DNA from: a virus | Taxonomy: Duplodnaviria > Caudoviricetes | Strand: one strand, 5' to 3' | Length of the DNA: 64,000 nt | IMG/VR virus record: IMGVR_UViG_3300045580_000473 | Span: 59,274 to 123,273 of that record | Part shown: positions 51,637-60,359 of the stretch, piece by piece | Position numbering within the stretch: position 1 is the first letter of the stretch | Layout of the letters: every line of letters begins with the position of its first letter | The notes under the pieces: generated by a model | Told to the model about the DNA's origin: nothing | Seen by the model: the letters and a program-made list of their open reading frames with translations, nothing else | The model's database searches: none | Position numbers and translations under genes: made by a program

Positions 51637-51708
51637 AGCCGGTGAAAGGAGTCGAACCTTCAACCTACTAATTACAAATTAGTTGCACTACCATTGTGCT
51701 ACACCGGC
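51637..51708 (-). tRNA. tRNA-Thr(UGU)
   Basis: GCCGGTG/CACCGGC acceptor, ACTAA-TTTGTAA-TTAGT anticodon arm, TTCGACT T loop; CCA not encoded. Confidence 0.94.
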
Positions 51709-51716
51709 TTTGGACG

Positions 51717-53192
51717 TTACGGGGTCCAAACGGTTTTCTTGATTGACTTCTCGCCACGCAAGACGCGACCGTATCCCATTTCTGCGTCGATATCTCCGAG
51801 CACGGGGAACTCCCGCTGCTTTTCAATACGCTCCAGATCGAGCTCCATCTGAGCAGCGTAATCCTGCAAGCTCTTGATATCCAGCGTCGCCTCGCCGCGA
51901 ACGCAGCTATTAATATAGTGCTTGAACCCCGTCAGCATATGTCCCACCTCAGTAAGGCCGAGCGAGACGCCGTCGATGTTCACCGCCTCAGACTCGTTGC
52001 GTGTCTCTAGATCGGCGATTGTGGTGCACAGAGCGTTGGTCACGGCACCGAGCAACACGGCGATCGTCTGGTAGGTGTTGAGCATCTTGGGCGGAGCAGC
52101 CACGGCCACGGCCGCCTGACTCTCTGCCGTGGACACCGGTGTGTCACTTGCCGCAGGTGCAATGCCGAACGCACGCTGAAACTCGATCACTTCCTGCACG
52201 GTCAGATTGTTGACGACCGAACCGTCCGCCAACCGCATAGTCAGACCGCCGCCTGCAGTGCCGGCAGTCGGGCCCTTCTTGCTGTTCTTGAGCATGTCTC
52301 CTGTCTTCTTTCTATGGGTGTACCGGGACCACCGCTGCTCGGGCGGAATGTGGTCTTCAAACCCGCCGGCCTCGGCGACCTGCCGGCCAAGCGGGGTAAG
52401 GTATATCCCCTTATGCCGCTCGTGCGTCCCGACGCCGGGAAGATTCACGTGCATAACCTGCTTCACGCCAATCAGGTTCAAGTGCTGCATTGCGTCGCGG
52501 CACGGTTTAATTGTGTGCGGGTCCCAGCCGATCTTTTCGGCCACGGTGGCAGATTCTGCGTCAAACGCCTGAACCTGCAGCAAGGCACCGAGCAGGCGGG
52601 CTGGAGACTTGTCTCGAACCACGACGCCAATGTTTCGCACCTCGGCGGCGATGCGGGCCGCGTTGTGATTCGCCGGGGCGGCGGTTGTAACTGGCTTTGT
52701 TTCCATTTGTGGAATGGGCTCCTGCTTGATTTCTTTGATGGCTTCCGCCAATACGGCGGGGGTTGTTTCCGCGGCTTCGGGTGCCCGTTCTTTTGGCAGC
52801 ACGCCGAACACGTCATGCCGCAGCATGGCGAGTAAGAACTTATCGCTGGTGGGAGCGAGGTCGTTCGAAAGCCGGGACTGAATGTACGCCACCGCCGGGT
52901 CTGTTAGGCCGAATAGTCGGCGAATCTCGACGGGTTGCAGCCGGTTGAGCTTTTCCGTGGCGATGTTGTCGACAAGCGTTTCGTACAAAATTCGGTTGCT
53001 GCTTAAATTGCCGAGTAGCGTACGGATTAGCGGCTTGTTTCGCTTAATCTCTTTTTCCTTGCGGATACGCAAATCCTTGCAAACTTGTGCAAGAATTTCG
53101 TGCTCGTAGAGAGTAACCGGGTTTCCCTTACTTGCCGCAGCGACGAATATACGCAATACGGCGAGCAGCTTTCTTAGTGTTTCGTTATTCAC
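51717..53192 (-). CDS. hypothetical protein with central winged-helix-like segment
   Basis: VAEKIGWD..MQHLNLI..IYLTPLGRQVAE. Confidence 0.65.
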   Translation of the reverse strand: MNNETLRKLLAVLRIFVAAASKGNPVTLYEHEILAQVCKDLRIRKEKEIKRNKPLIRTLLGNLSSNRILYETLVDNIATEKLNRLQPVEIRRLFGLTDPAVAYIQSRLSNDLAPTSDKFLLAMLRHDVFGVLPKERAPEAAETTPAVLAEAIKEIKQEPIPQMETKPVTTAAPANHNAARIAAEVRNIGVVVRDKSPARLLGALLQVQAFDAESATVAEKIGWDPHTIKPCRDAMQHLNLIGVKQVMHVNLPGVGTHERHKGIYLTPLGRQVAEAGGFEDHIPPEQRWSRYTHRKKTGDMLKNSKKGPTAGTAGGGLTMRLADGSVVNNLTVQEVIEFQRAFGIAPAASDTPVSTAESQAAVAVAAPPKMLNTYQTIAVLLGAVTNALCTTIADLETRNESEAVNIDGVSLGLTEVGHMLTGFKHYINSCVRGEATLDIKSLQDYAAQMELDLERIEKQREFPVLGDIDAEMGYGRVLRGEKSIKKTVWTP

Positions 53193-53460
53193 TGGGCGTC
53201 CTTTGCGTTTTCAGATCGTTGATGTGCTTTACCACGTCGTCAAAACAGGTTTCGCACAGGGTGGCGGAATAGCTTTCGCCGTCCTTGCGGCTAAAGTAAC
53301 CCCACGTGGCACTGACGGTGCCGTATTCAAAATCGCCGTCTTCGTGTAACTCTTGATCGTCGTCGTAATCACGAGCGTGTTCGTTTTTACAGCTTTTGCC
53401 GCACACGTCGCAGCAAATATCGACAAGCATTCTGGTCTGGCGGGTCTTGTATTTTTTCAT
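53185..53460 (-). CDS. small Zn-finger protein
   Basis: CDVC...CETC; WGYFSRKDGE. Confidence 0.7.
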   Translation of the reverse strand: MKKYKTRQTRMLVDICCDVCGKSCKNEHARDYDDDQELHEDGDFEYGTVSATWGYFSRKDGESYSATLCETCFDDVVKHINDLKTQRTPSE

Positions 53461-53924
53461 GCTGACTCCTGTGCTATTTGCACGGGCCAAATGTATGGAA
53501 GATCGGTCGGGTCCCGCCAACCAAGACGGGAGTAGTGCCAAAAATTCTTACGCAACAGATTGCTGCGGTGGCTGGCATGGAAATCAGGGTCGCCGAACCA
53601 CTCTGGATAGCGGTTGGCACTGATGGTTGGGCGGAGGCGGTTGTACGCCGTTACGAACTCGCTTCCCAGCCGGTCTTGGAACCCTCGCGACGTCCATTCG
53701 CGACAGACGACGATTCCGTATACCAACAGGGCGACCTCATGTCCAGCCCACATCAAAACAGCCGGGTGATGCTGCCATCCTTTTTTCCCGGGCTTGTGCT
53801 CGCCAATTTCTACGCCGCGGCACAGCAGAATCTGTTTGCATTCAAGACGCTGTTTTCCCAGCCTCTTGTCGTCAAGGCACCTCGCCGACCTCCTGAAACT
53901 TGGGAGGGGCAAAAATGTTTGCAT
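53457..53924 (-). CDS. pyrimidine-dimer DNA glycosylase/DenV-like (MSMEG_6728 family)
   Basis: MQTFLP..LDDKRLGKQRLE..HHPAVLMWAG..HASHRSNLLRK..LPYIWP. Confidence 0.85.
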   Translation of the reverse strand: MQTFLPLPSFRRSARCLDDKRLGKQRLECKQILLCRGVEIGEHKPGKKGWQHHPAVLMWAGHEVALLVYGIVVCREWTSRGFQDRLGSEFVTAYNRLRPTISANRYPEWFGDPDFHASHRSNLLRKNFWHYSRLGWRDPTDLPYIWPVQIAQESA

Positions 53925-53928
53925 TTAT

Positions 53929-54261
53929 TTAGTCTTCGTCCTCGTCGTCAAAGTCTTCTTCGTAACTCGGGTCATCGTCGTCTTCGTCGTCCCAATCGTC
54001 ATCGTCTTCGTCATCACTCCACTCGTCGTCGTCTTCCTCTTCGTCTTCGTCCCAGTTTTCATCGTCGTCTTCATCCTCGTCGTCGTCATCGTCTATGTAC
54101 CAGTTCGGGCTCGTGCTTGGTGCGAAGTCGGAGTCGTCATCGTCGTCTTCTGAGTCGTCGACAAACTGCCATTCTTCTTCAATGAAGTCATCGTCTAAAC
54201 CGTCATCACGGCGGTTTAGAACTCGATCAACGCGAAAAGACAACGCTTCGTTATAACGCAT
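53929..54261 (-). CDS. extremely acidic protein
   Basis: C-terminal ~90 aa mostly Asp/Glu with spaced Trp/Phe/Tyr. Confidence 0.75.
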   Translation of the reverse strand: MRYNEALSFRVDRVLNRRDDGLDDDFIEEEWQFVDDSEDDDDDSDFAPSTSPNWYIDDDDDEDEDDDENWDEDEEEDDDEWSDDEDDDDWDDEDDDDPSYEEDFDDEDED

Positions 54262-54263
54262 AG

Positions 54264-56876
54264 CTACCCGATCTCTTTGTGGAGGCTGTCTGGTGTTGTG
54301 TAAAACCTTTCAAACCAAGACGCATGAACAAGGACGCCCGGCATATTGTGGATGACTTCTTCGCCTATGTAAACGCCGTCTTTCTGCAGTAACCCGATGA
54401 CAGCAAGCCAGTTAGGGCTTACGCACCGAGAACTATAAAAATAACGATCTATAGCCCGTCGGTTCAACCACCAGCGATCTTTTTTGCAAAGCAGGTAGTC
54501 CCCCGACTGTTTGCCGGTTCGAGGCTGCGGCAAAACGGCTAATTTCCCGGCTAAAATGGCGTTGTTTATTTCTGTCATGAGGGCGGTGTGGGCGTCATTT
54601 TCGTACCGCATGAGCGATCGTACGTGCGGCAGGTTAAACGCGGTGCCGTAGGTTTCCGTCAGCCAGCCGTGCAGGTCTTCGAGAATTATGGCATTTAAAT
54701 TCCCGGCTACACCAAAAATGCTCATTCGCATTTGCAGAAGGCGTTGCACATAAGCCGGCACAATAGCCCGCAGATCGCCGACGTCTGGCGGCGTACCGAG
54801 CCGGGCGGCTGAGATGCTCTGCCAGCCGTAACCAAGTGCAACAGCACTGTTCTGTTTTGTTACGCACAGCAGCAGCGGGCGATTAAAGTATTTCGGGATA
54901 CTTGGCCCGAATACCTCGTCGTTAAACACGCCGGAGCAGATGACAGGCCACGCTGTGTTTTTCGTCGCAGTATCGAGAAACTTGCCTGCAACGTGCTTTT
55001 GGAACGCGGTTGTCTTCTCGTGCGTACAACCCATAGCCTCGGCGACCCGGGTGGCCGTCGAAAATTCATCCGCGACAAACGCGGTAGCCACGCAGTCTTT
55101 CCGAATAATCGGGGCAATCATGTTTGTGAGCACGGCTGCCGCCGTAGCCCATACAAAAGAGTTATCGTGGGCCGGCGTTAAGAGGTGTCGAATCGGGAGC
55201 GGTGCGATTGGCGTGGGTTCTTGAAATACCTTGTTTTTGAGGTGGTTGGGCCACGGTGGCGTTTTCCGAACCTCGCCGGAGTGCGTCAGTTCGTAATTTG
55301 CGAACCGGAAGACGTTGGCCTGCTCGTCCCACCCATAACCGGTTGACACATTTGTCATTTTCGGTTGGTGCATCGTCATTGCGATCTGCTGGGCTTTTTT
55401 ATTCCAGACAAGATCGAAGACGCCTACTTTCCCGTGCGTGGCCAACACGCTGTGGGCGTAGTTTAAAAGCCCGAGCCGTTCAATCTTCTTGGCGTCACTG
55501 CTGAACGGGTACGACGTGTTCTCGAAAATAATCCGGCCATTGTAGGTTTCGGTGCCGCTATCGGCGTGGATGATCTCGTCGATCACTACGCGAAAGTTAG
55601 ACACCTGCCGCCCGCATTGATTCCACCATCCGCTTTCGCGTTCGACGAGAAACCATCGCTGCTGCACCTTGAGCGGGGCGTCAGCCGGAGCATTCACAGA
55701 CAGCATGACGCGGTCTTTAAATCCACCAGAAAACTGGTTTTCAATTTTGTCGAGAAAGCCCTGCAGCCGGTCGGGTGGGATGGTGAGCCGTTTAGCAAAA
55801 GCCTCGGCCGTGGCTTCATTCACGTCGGTCAATGTTGTTTTTAACGCTTGTTGCCACGTCTGGGCTTTGGTGCGGATCGTCGCCAGTTTCGGAAACAAGC
55901 TGACGCGGCTGTTCTGGACGACGGAGACATAGCCGCGGGCGTTGCAGGCCCTACTGATCAATTCCGGCGTCGGGCTCGTGCCGTAAAAAATGCGGTCGGC
56001 CCGGCCGAGCGACTGCCAGCTTGTGCCGTAGCTTTCCGCTTCCGGGCCGGTATAGCTGGCCGTGATTGGCAACCACCCAAGTCCGCGAGAAAAAGCTTTG
56101 CACTGCGTTTTTAGCACCCATAGCACATCGTCAAAAACAAACTGGGTGTTTTTAAGTCTGGGCTGGTCGGCAAGCTGCGTGGTTTGCAGCATGAAATACC
56201 CGGCTTCGGGTCGCCGCTTTCGGCTGCCCGAGATCGGTATGTATGTTTGCTTGGCCTCGTAGGCGTCGTTGTACTGAAGCGTCAGGAACCCGGTGATTCG
56301 ACCGGGCAGGTCGTAAAAAGGAAATACAAGACCGGGGCCATCGTCTCGTAATCGAGGCGGTTTTGGTCGCCCCATTTCCGAACAAATTTTTGTAATCTGG
56401 TCATAGTGTGCGACTCCGATTAATCCGTAACAGTTGTCTAATTCATGGCGTACTCCCAAATCCCTGAGTCGGCACGCAATTACGTCATCACCGTGGTTCC
56501 ATACCTGCGACACAGCGTCGTACAGAAAGTTCTCCGCGGCTGTTTTTCTCGCTAAATACCGGGCATATTCGTCCGCGGCCTTATCCCCCTCTGTTTCGGA
56601 GATTAGGCCTATTTCGCTGAATTTTGCCAATGTATTTGGTAAACTTAGGTTCCATAATTCGGCCCCGAAGATTATGATATCTCCGTGGGCAGAACACCCG
56701 CGGCAATTAAGCCATATTCCGTCCGTAAACAAATCGTCAAACAGTTGAAGCGTGTATTGACCGCAACGAGGGCAGCGAAGCACCGCAGGGAACGCTGGTT
56801 TTTCGAGCGGCAAACCTAAAGCCGACAGTGCACGCAGGTGGTTATGTCGGCGAACTAAAGAGGTAGGAAGACCCAT
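54264..56876 (-). CDS. large primase-like protein (Zn ribbon + degenerate primase/helicase domains)
   Basis: CPRC..CRGC, AHGDII, VFPFYDLPGRITGF, GYGWD; no intact TOPRIM or Walker A seen; probable start MGLPTS at 56876. Confidence 0.6.
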   Translation of the reverse strand: MGLPTSLVRRHNHLRALSALGLPLEKPAFPAVLRCPRCGQYTLQLFDDLFTDGIWLNCRGCSAHGDIIIFGAELWNLSLPNTLAKFSEIGLISETEGDKAADEYARYLARKTAAENFLYDAVSQVWNHGDDVIACRLRDLGVRHELDNCYGLIGVAHYDQITKICSEMGRPKPPRLRDDGPGLVFPFYDLPGRITGFLTLQYNDAYEAKQTYIPISGSRKRRPEAGYFMLQTTQLADQPRLKNTQFVFDDVLWVLKTQCKAFSRGLGWLPITASYTGPEAESYGTSWQSLGRADRIFYGTSPTPELISRACNARGYVSVVQNSRVSLFPKLATIRTKAQTWQQALKTTLTDVNEATAEAFAKRLTIPPDRLQGFLDKIENQFSGGFKDRVMLSVNAPADAPLKVQQRWFLVERESGWWNQCGRQVSNFRVVIDEIIHADSGTETYNGRIIFENTSYPFSSDAKKIERLGLLNYAHSVLATHGKVGVFDLVWNKKAQQIAMTMHQPKMTNVSTGYGWDEQANVFRFANYELTHSGEVRKTPPWPNHLKNKVFQEPTPIAPLPIRHLLTPAHDNSFVWATAAAVLTNMIAPIIRKDCVATAFVADEFSTATRVAEAMGCTHEKTTAFQKHVAGKFLDTATKNTAWPVICSGVFNDEVFGPSIPKYFNRPLLLCVTKQNSAVALGYGWQSISAARLGTPPDVGDLRAIVPAYVQRLLQMRMSIFGVAGNLNAIILEDLHGWLTETYGTAFNLPHVRSLMRYENDAHTALMTEINNAILAGKLAVLPQPRTGKQSGDYLLCKKDRWWLNRRAIDRYFYSSRCVSPNWLAVIGLLQKDGVYIGEEVIHNMPGVLVHASWFERFYTTPDSLHKEIG

Positions 56877-58053
56877 GACAACTCCGCTCGACCAAACGCA
56901 AGACATCAGCGGCCGCGAAACACATCGTCTGACGTCGCTTTTTGACAGCCCTGATTTTGTAAAGTCTGCCTCGCACGAGCGGACACACGGCGACGAAACG
57001 CTTCAACGCCACATGTACGCGGACCAATACAATAAACTCTATCCGTGCCACTCTGCCCCTGCAACATGGCTGTCGTCTTTATTCTTCGCCGACAAGCGGG
57101 CGGAGTTCGACGAAAAGCGGGCCAGCGAGATTCAAAGCCGCCTGCATGCCGCCGCCAAGTTCTTCGGCATTCTGGGTGCAGTCCAAGAGATGGAAGAGAA
57201 GGTCGCGGCTACCGTGGCCGACAATGTTAACAATCTTGGTGACGACCAGTTTGCCATCGTTTGGGTTGGCGACGCCGGCACGAAAGAGCGTCACTGGCCG
57301 CTGCGAAACGCCACAGAAGTGAAGTACGCGGCTCACGGGTTCGCCAAGTGGCGTGACGAGTTCGTCTTCGAAGACCGGCACACGATTGCCGAGAAGATTC
57401 TCGTCAAGGCCGCCGAGCACGCAGCCGACATCTCTGAGCACGAGCACATGCTGGCTCTGACGGCGGGTCACGGAGCCTGTGCGGCCAAGGTGGCCACCGA
57501 GATGCTGCGGGACCGGGCTCGTCTGGTGCAACGCAGCAATCAGCCCGCCGCGGCTGAAATGGCGAAGCTGGCAAGCGTGCTGGAGCAGAACCCAGAGAAC
57601 GCCCGGGCTCACGAAACTCGTGTCAAGCTGGCGGCGGCAATCGACGAGTTCGATCGTGTGAACCACCTGTACCGGCTGTACGACGACGGCGGGCTGCCTC
57701 GGGCCGAAGAGGTGCTGTTTGCGGTCACCGAGAAAGCTGCCCGCGAGTTCATGTCTGAGAACGTCGAGACGACCACGGGCAATGTGTACGCCTTGTCAGA
57801 CCTTGAAAAGCTGGCATTGGACGACGTGCGGAACTGGCTCGGCGACGAGTTTGCAGACGCTGTCAGTGCTGGCGGCGTTTACATCGACCGCGACAAGCTT
57901 GCGGCGATTGTGCCAACGCTTGACCGCGGAATGGCAGCGTCTCTTGATCGCCTGATGCAGGACAACAAGATGGCTGCCGTGGTTCGGACAAAAGCTGCTG
58001 AAAGCCTGCTTCCGCTCGATCGACTGTTCGAGTTGGCGGCTCAGGCAGAATAG
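56875..58053 (+). CDS. hypothetical protein (392 aa, possibly late/virion)
   Basis: AGGA Shine-Dalgarno, long ORF, followed by a terminator. Confidence 0.75.
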   Translation: MTTPLDQTQDISGRETHRLTSLFDSPDFVKSASHERTHGDETLQRHMYADQYNKLYPCHSAPATWLSSLFFADKRAEFDEKRASEIQSRLHAAAKFFGILGAVQEMEEKVAATVADNVNNLGDDQFAIVWVGDAGTKERHWPLRNATEVKYAAHGFAKWRDEFVFEDRHTIAEKILVKAAEHAADISEHEHMLALTAGHGACAAKVATEMLRDRARLVQRSNQPAAAEMAKLASVLEQNPENARAHETRVKLAAAIDEFDRVNHLYRLYDDGGLPRAEEVLFAVTEKAAREFMSENVETTTGNVYALSDLEKLALDDVRNWLGDEFADAVSAGGVYIDRDKLAAIVPTLDRGMAASLDRLMQDNKMAAVVRTKAAESLLPLDRLFELAAQAE

Positions 58054-58090
58054 TCAATCTTTTCTGGCGTCCCGTTAGGGTCGTCCCTTG

Positions 58091-58124
58091 CACCCGGCCG
58101 AGAAATCAGCCGGGTGTTTTTTTT
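58091..58124 (+). terminator. Rho-independent terminator
   Basis: CACCCGGC-N10-GCCGGGTG followed by T8. Confidence 0.75.
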
Positions 58125-58128
58125 GGTA

Positions 58129-58156
58129 TTGACGCTTTTGGGGGGATCGTTATGCT
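58129..58156 (+). promoter_or_regulatory. sigma70-like promoter TTGACG-N16-TATGCT
   Basis: Immediately after the terminator, pointing into an ORF-free stretch. Confidence 0.65.
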
Positions 58157-58161
58157 CTGCC

Positions 58162-58285
58162 CTCGCGGCAAGGAACGGCGGCGACGGCACATGGTCGGGT
58201 CGCTAGCCCATTATTTGCAAGGACAGCATTTAGCAATCCAAGGACTGGACTGCGAAGCACCCGGCAGGACGCCGGGTGCTTTTTT
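58162..58285 (+). ncRNA. putative CsrB/RsmZ-like sRNA
   Basis: Bounded by a promoter and a terminator; four AGGA motifs, at least three in hairpin loops; csrA 440 bp away. Confidence 0.6.
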
Positions 58286-58773
58286 ATTTACACCGCTCAA
58301 AATCGCGTTTTAACGGCACGCCAACGTGAATTGCTAAACCACCCCAAATTCTGAATAGCGTTTCAGTTGATAATTTCTCAGCGTCGCTCGACGTGAGTTC
58401 AGCATGTAACTCGTCTAACTGGTCGTAAATTGCGTTAAAAAGGATATTCCGTTTCTGATCCTCCGGCAGTTTTAGAAACCAGTCCCTCGGGACTCTCTTT
58501 TTCTTCGTTGCCGGTGTCTTCTTTTTCTTGGTTTTGGCCAAATAAAGCCGCCCAAAGCCGTGGAATAAGACCACGGGTTTTCTGGCTCTCCTGTGGTGTG
58601 CCCTGCTCGCTGAGTGCGGCGGGGTCTAAATTCTGTGACGTCAGGCCGGCTTCTTCTTCTTCGGCCAGCCGCATATCAACGTACTCTAGCCACGCCTCGT
58701 ATTCGTCGCGGGCTTGATAGTATTCACGAGGCGGAGTGTAAGGGTCCTCCGGTAGCCGGTCGTTCCAGCCCAT
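58284..58773 (-). CDS. two small hypothetical genes (58284-~58549, 58435-58773)
   Basis: Overlapping ORFs downstream of csrA. Confidence 0.5.
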
Positions 58774-58948
58774 CTTTAGCCTCTTTGGAAATGACGAGTT
58801 CGCTTCGCATGATCGACACGCAGTCGTCTGCCGTGAACCCGAGTTTGACTTTGTCTCCTATAACCTCCACAACACGAATCGTAATGACGCGGCCCTCGGG
58901 AGTTTTAACGAGGACGTCTTCGTCTTTCTTACGAGATAGAACTAACAC
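58724..58948 (-). CDS. csrA: carbon storage regulator CsrA/RsmA homologue
   Basis: MLVLSRK..E.V....ITIRVVEVIGDKVKLGFTA...VSIMRSEL. Confidence 0.9.
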   Translation of the reverse strand: MLVLSRKKDEDVLVKTPEGRVITIRVVEVIGDKVKLGFTADDCVSIMRSELVISKEAKDGLERPATGGPLHSAS

Positions 58949-58959
58949 GACACTGCCTT

Positions 58960-59631
58960 TCAGCCCGCGGCGGCTTCGAGCATTTGTGCCACTTGTTCCG
59001 CGGAGCCATTTTTGAGGTTAAGGGCTCGTAACTGAGCCACGAGAAGTTTTGTTCTGAATCGAATTGACTGCTCGATGTCTTGGCGTTTGCCTTCCTCTAA
59101 ATCATATACGGCGTTGAACATCGCCGGGTCGTCAGAAAAATCGCCGATCGACGGCGAGACACGGGCCTGTCGGAGGGCGATCCGCAGGATGTCCGGCGGG
59201 TTCACCAACCCCTCCGAGTCTAGCACGGCTCCGATGTAGGCTCGAATTTCGTCCGTAAATGGTTCTGGGTCATCATCTTCCGGCGGGTAGATGAGCAGGG
59301 CTTCGGTGACGCCCCACGCCACTTCCTCGGCGTCGGCCGGGTCCCACATGTCCGGGCGGTACGGGTCGCCGGAGAGCACGTTGCAGAACGAGATGAAGTC
59401 GGGCAGGCTCTTGTAGAACCTGTCCGTGGTGAGGATTTGGATCGCTACCATCAGCTTGTCGAGGGCCAGTTGCGGCAGGTCGACGTCAAAGTCTTCTTCA
59501 ACTTCCAGCGAGATTGTCGAGGGGTCCCACGTCAGAGCCTCCAAGCCGAAGCGGTCGATGTACATCGTCAGCAAGACTGATGCAAACGTCTCCCGACTCT
59601 TCCACGCTTCCTGCATTATGTTTTTTGACAT
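58960..59631 (-). CDS. hypothetical protein
   Basis: 223-aa ORF with AAGGA Shine-Dalgarno. Confidence 0.75.
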   Translation of the reverse strand: MSKNIMQEAWKSRETFASVLLTMYIDRFGLEALTWDPSTISLEVEEDFDVDLPQLALDKLMVAIQILTTDRFYKSLPDFISFCNVLSGDPYRPDMWDPADAEEVAWGVTEALLIYPPEDDDPEPFTDEIRAYIGAVLDSEGLVNPPDILRIALRQARVSPSIGDFSDDPAMFNAVYDLEEGKRQDIEQSIRFRTKLLVAQLRALNLKNGSAEQVAQMLEAAAG

Positions 59632-60085
59632 GGAACCCGTTCCTTTTCTCGATGCGTAGTTTTTCCCGCCTGTATAGCTCGTTTAAATTGTACCCGATTG
59701 TCTCCAGAGCCGGATGCGGTAGTTCGGTGACCCATTCTCCGGTTTGCAGGTCAAGAAACCCCTTTTCGCCGGTCCACGTGGTGAACTGATTGTCGATGAA
59801 AACAATCTGGTTAAACTGCGTGTTGAACGCCTCAGACCGAAACAAGCCTGTCCATATTTCGGTCATAATTGTCGACCGCTGTTCTGGCAGTAAAAATGCT
59901 ACCCGCTCAAGGAGGTCGGCAAAAACGAGGGCCATCAAACAGGTGTCTCGGATGGGGTCATCTTCGGTCGATACGGGCTCCCGCAATATTGTTAAAAAGA
60001 GCGTGCGGATTTGCAGCTTGCTCAATTTCAACGCCCGGGTTACCATACCGAACGTCAGTTTCTTTTTCTCAGTGGAGGTGTCCAT
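59498..60085 (-). CDS. hypothetical protein
   Basis: Probable start MDTSTE at 60085 with AAGGA Shine-Dalgarno. Confidence 0.65.
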   Translation of the reverse strand: MDTSTEKKKLTFGMVTRALKLSKLQIRTLFLTILREPVSTEDDPIRDTCLMALVFADLLERVAFLLPEQRSTIMTEIWTGLFRSEAFNTQFNQIVFIDNQFTTWTGEKGFLDLQTGEWVTELPHPALETIGYNLNELYRREKLRIEKRNGFHVKKHNAGSVEESGDVCISLADDVHRPLRLGGSDVGPLDNLAGS

Positions 60086-60359
60086 GGTTTCTATCCTTGA
60101 CGAGCTTTCGAAGGTCACGACCGGCCGGGCAGACTTTGTTGTTGCTGGTAGCAATATAGAGGAACTGCTCGACGCGTCTACCGCTCACGTTGTCGTGAAG
60201 CGTGCGGCCGAGCTTGGTTTCAACAAGCCGGGCGTGTCTAACATGGGCGGTCCGTACCCGGTCGACGCCGACGGCAAGACCGACGACGAACTGCTGATGG
60301 GCAAGCGTGGTCCGGTTGCCGGCTACCGCCGCGACTTTACCGTGCTGGCGTCGCTCTAG
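60084..60359 (+). CDS. hypothetical protein (91 aa)
   Basis: GGAGG Shine-Dalgarno before MVSILDEL; fills the gap between minus-strand genes. Confidence 0.7.
   Translation: MVSILDELSKVTTGRADFVVAGSNIEELLDASTAHVVVKRAAELGFNKPGVSNMGGPYPVDADGKTDDELLMGKRGPVAGYRRDFTVLASL

Noticed and set aside
53935-54200. TCG/TCA/TCT microsatellite
   Set aside because: It is the reverse complement of Asp/Glu codons in the acidic protein.
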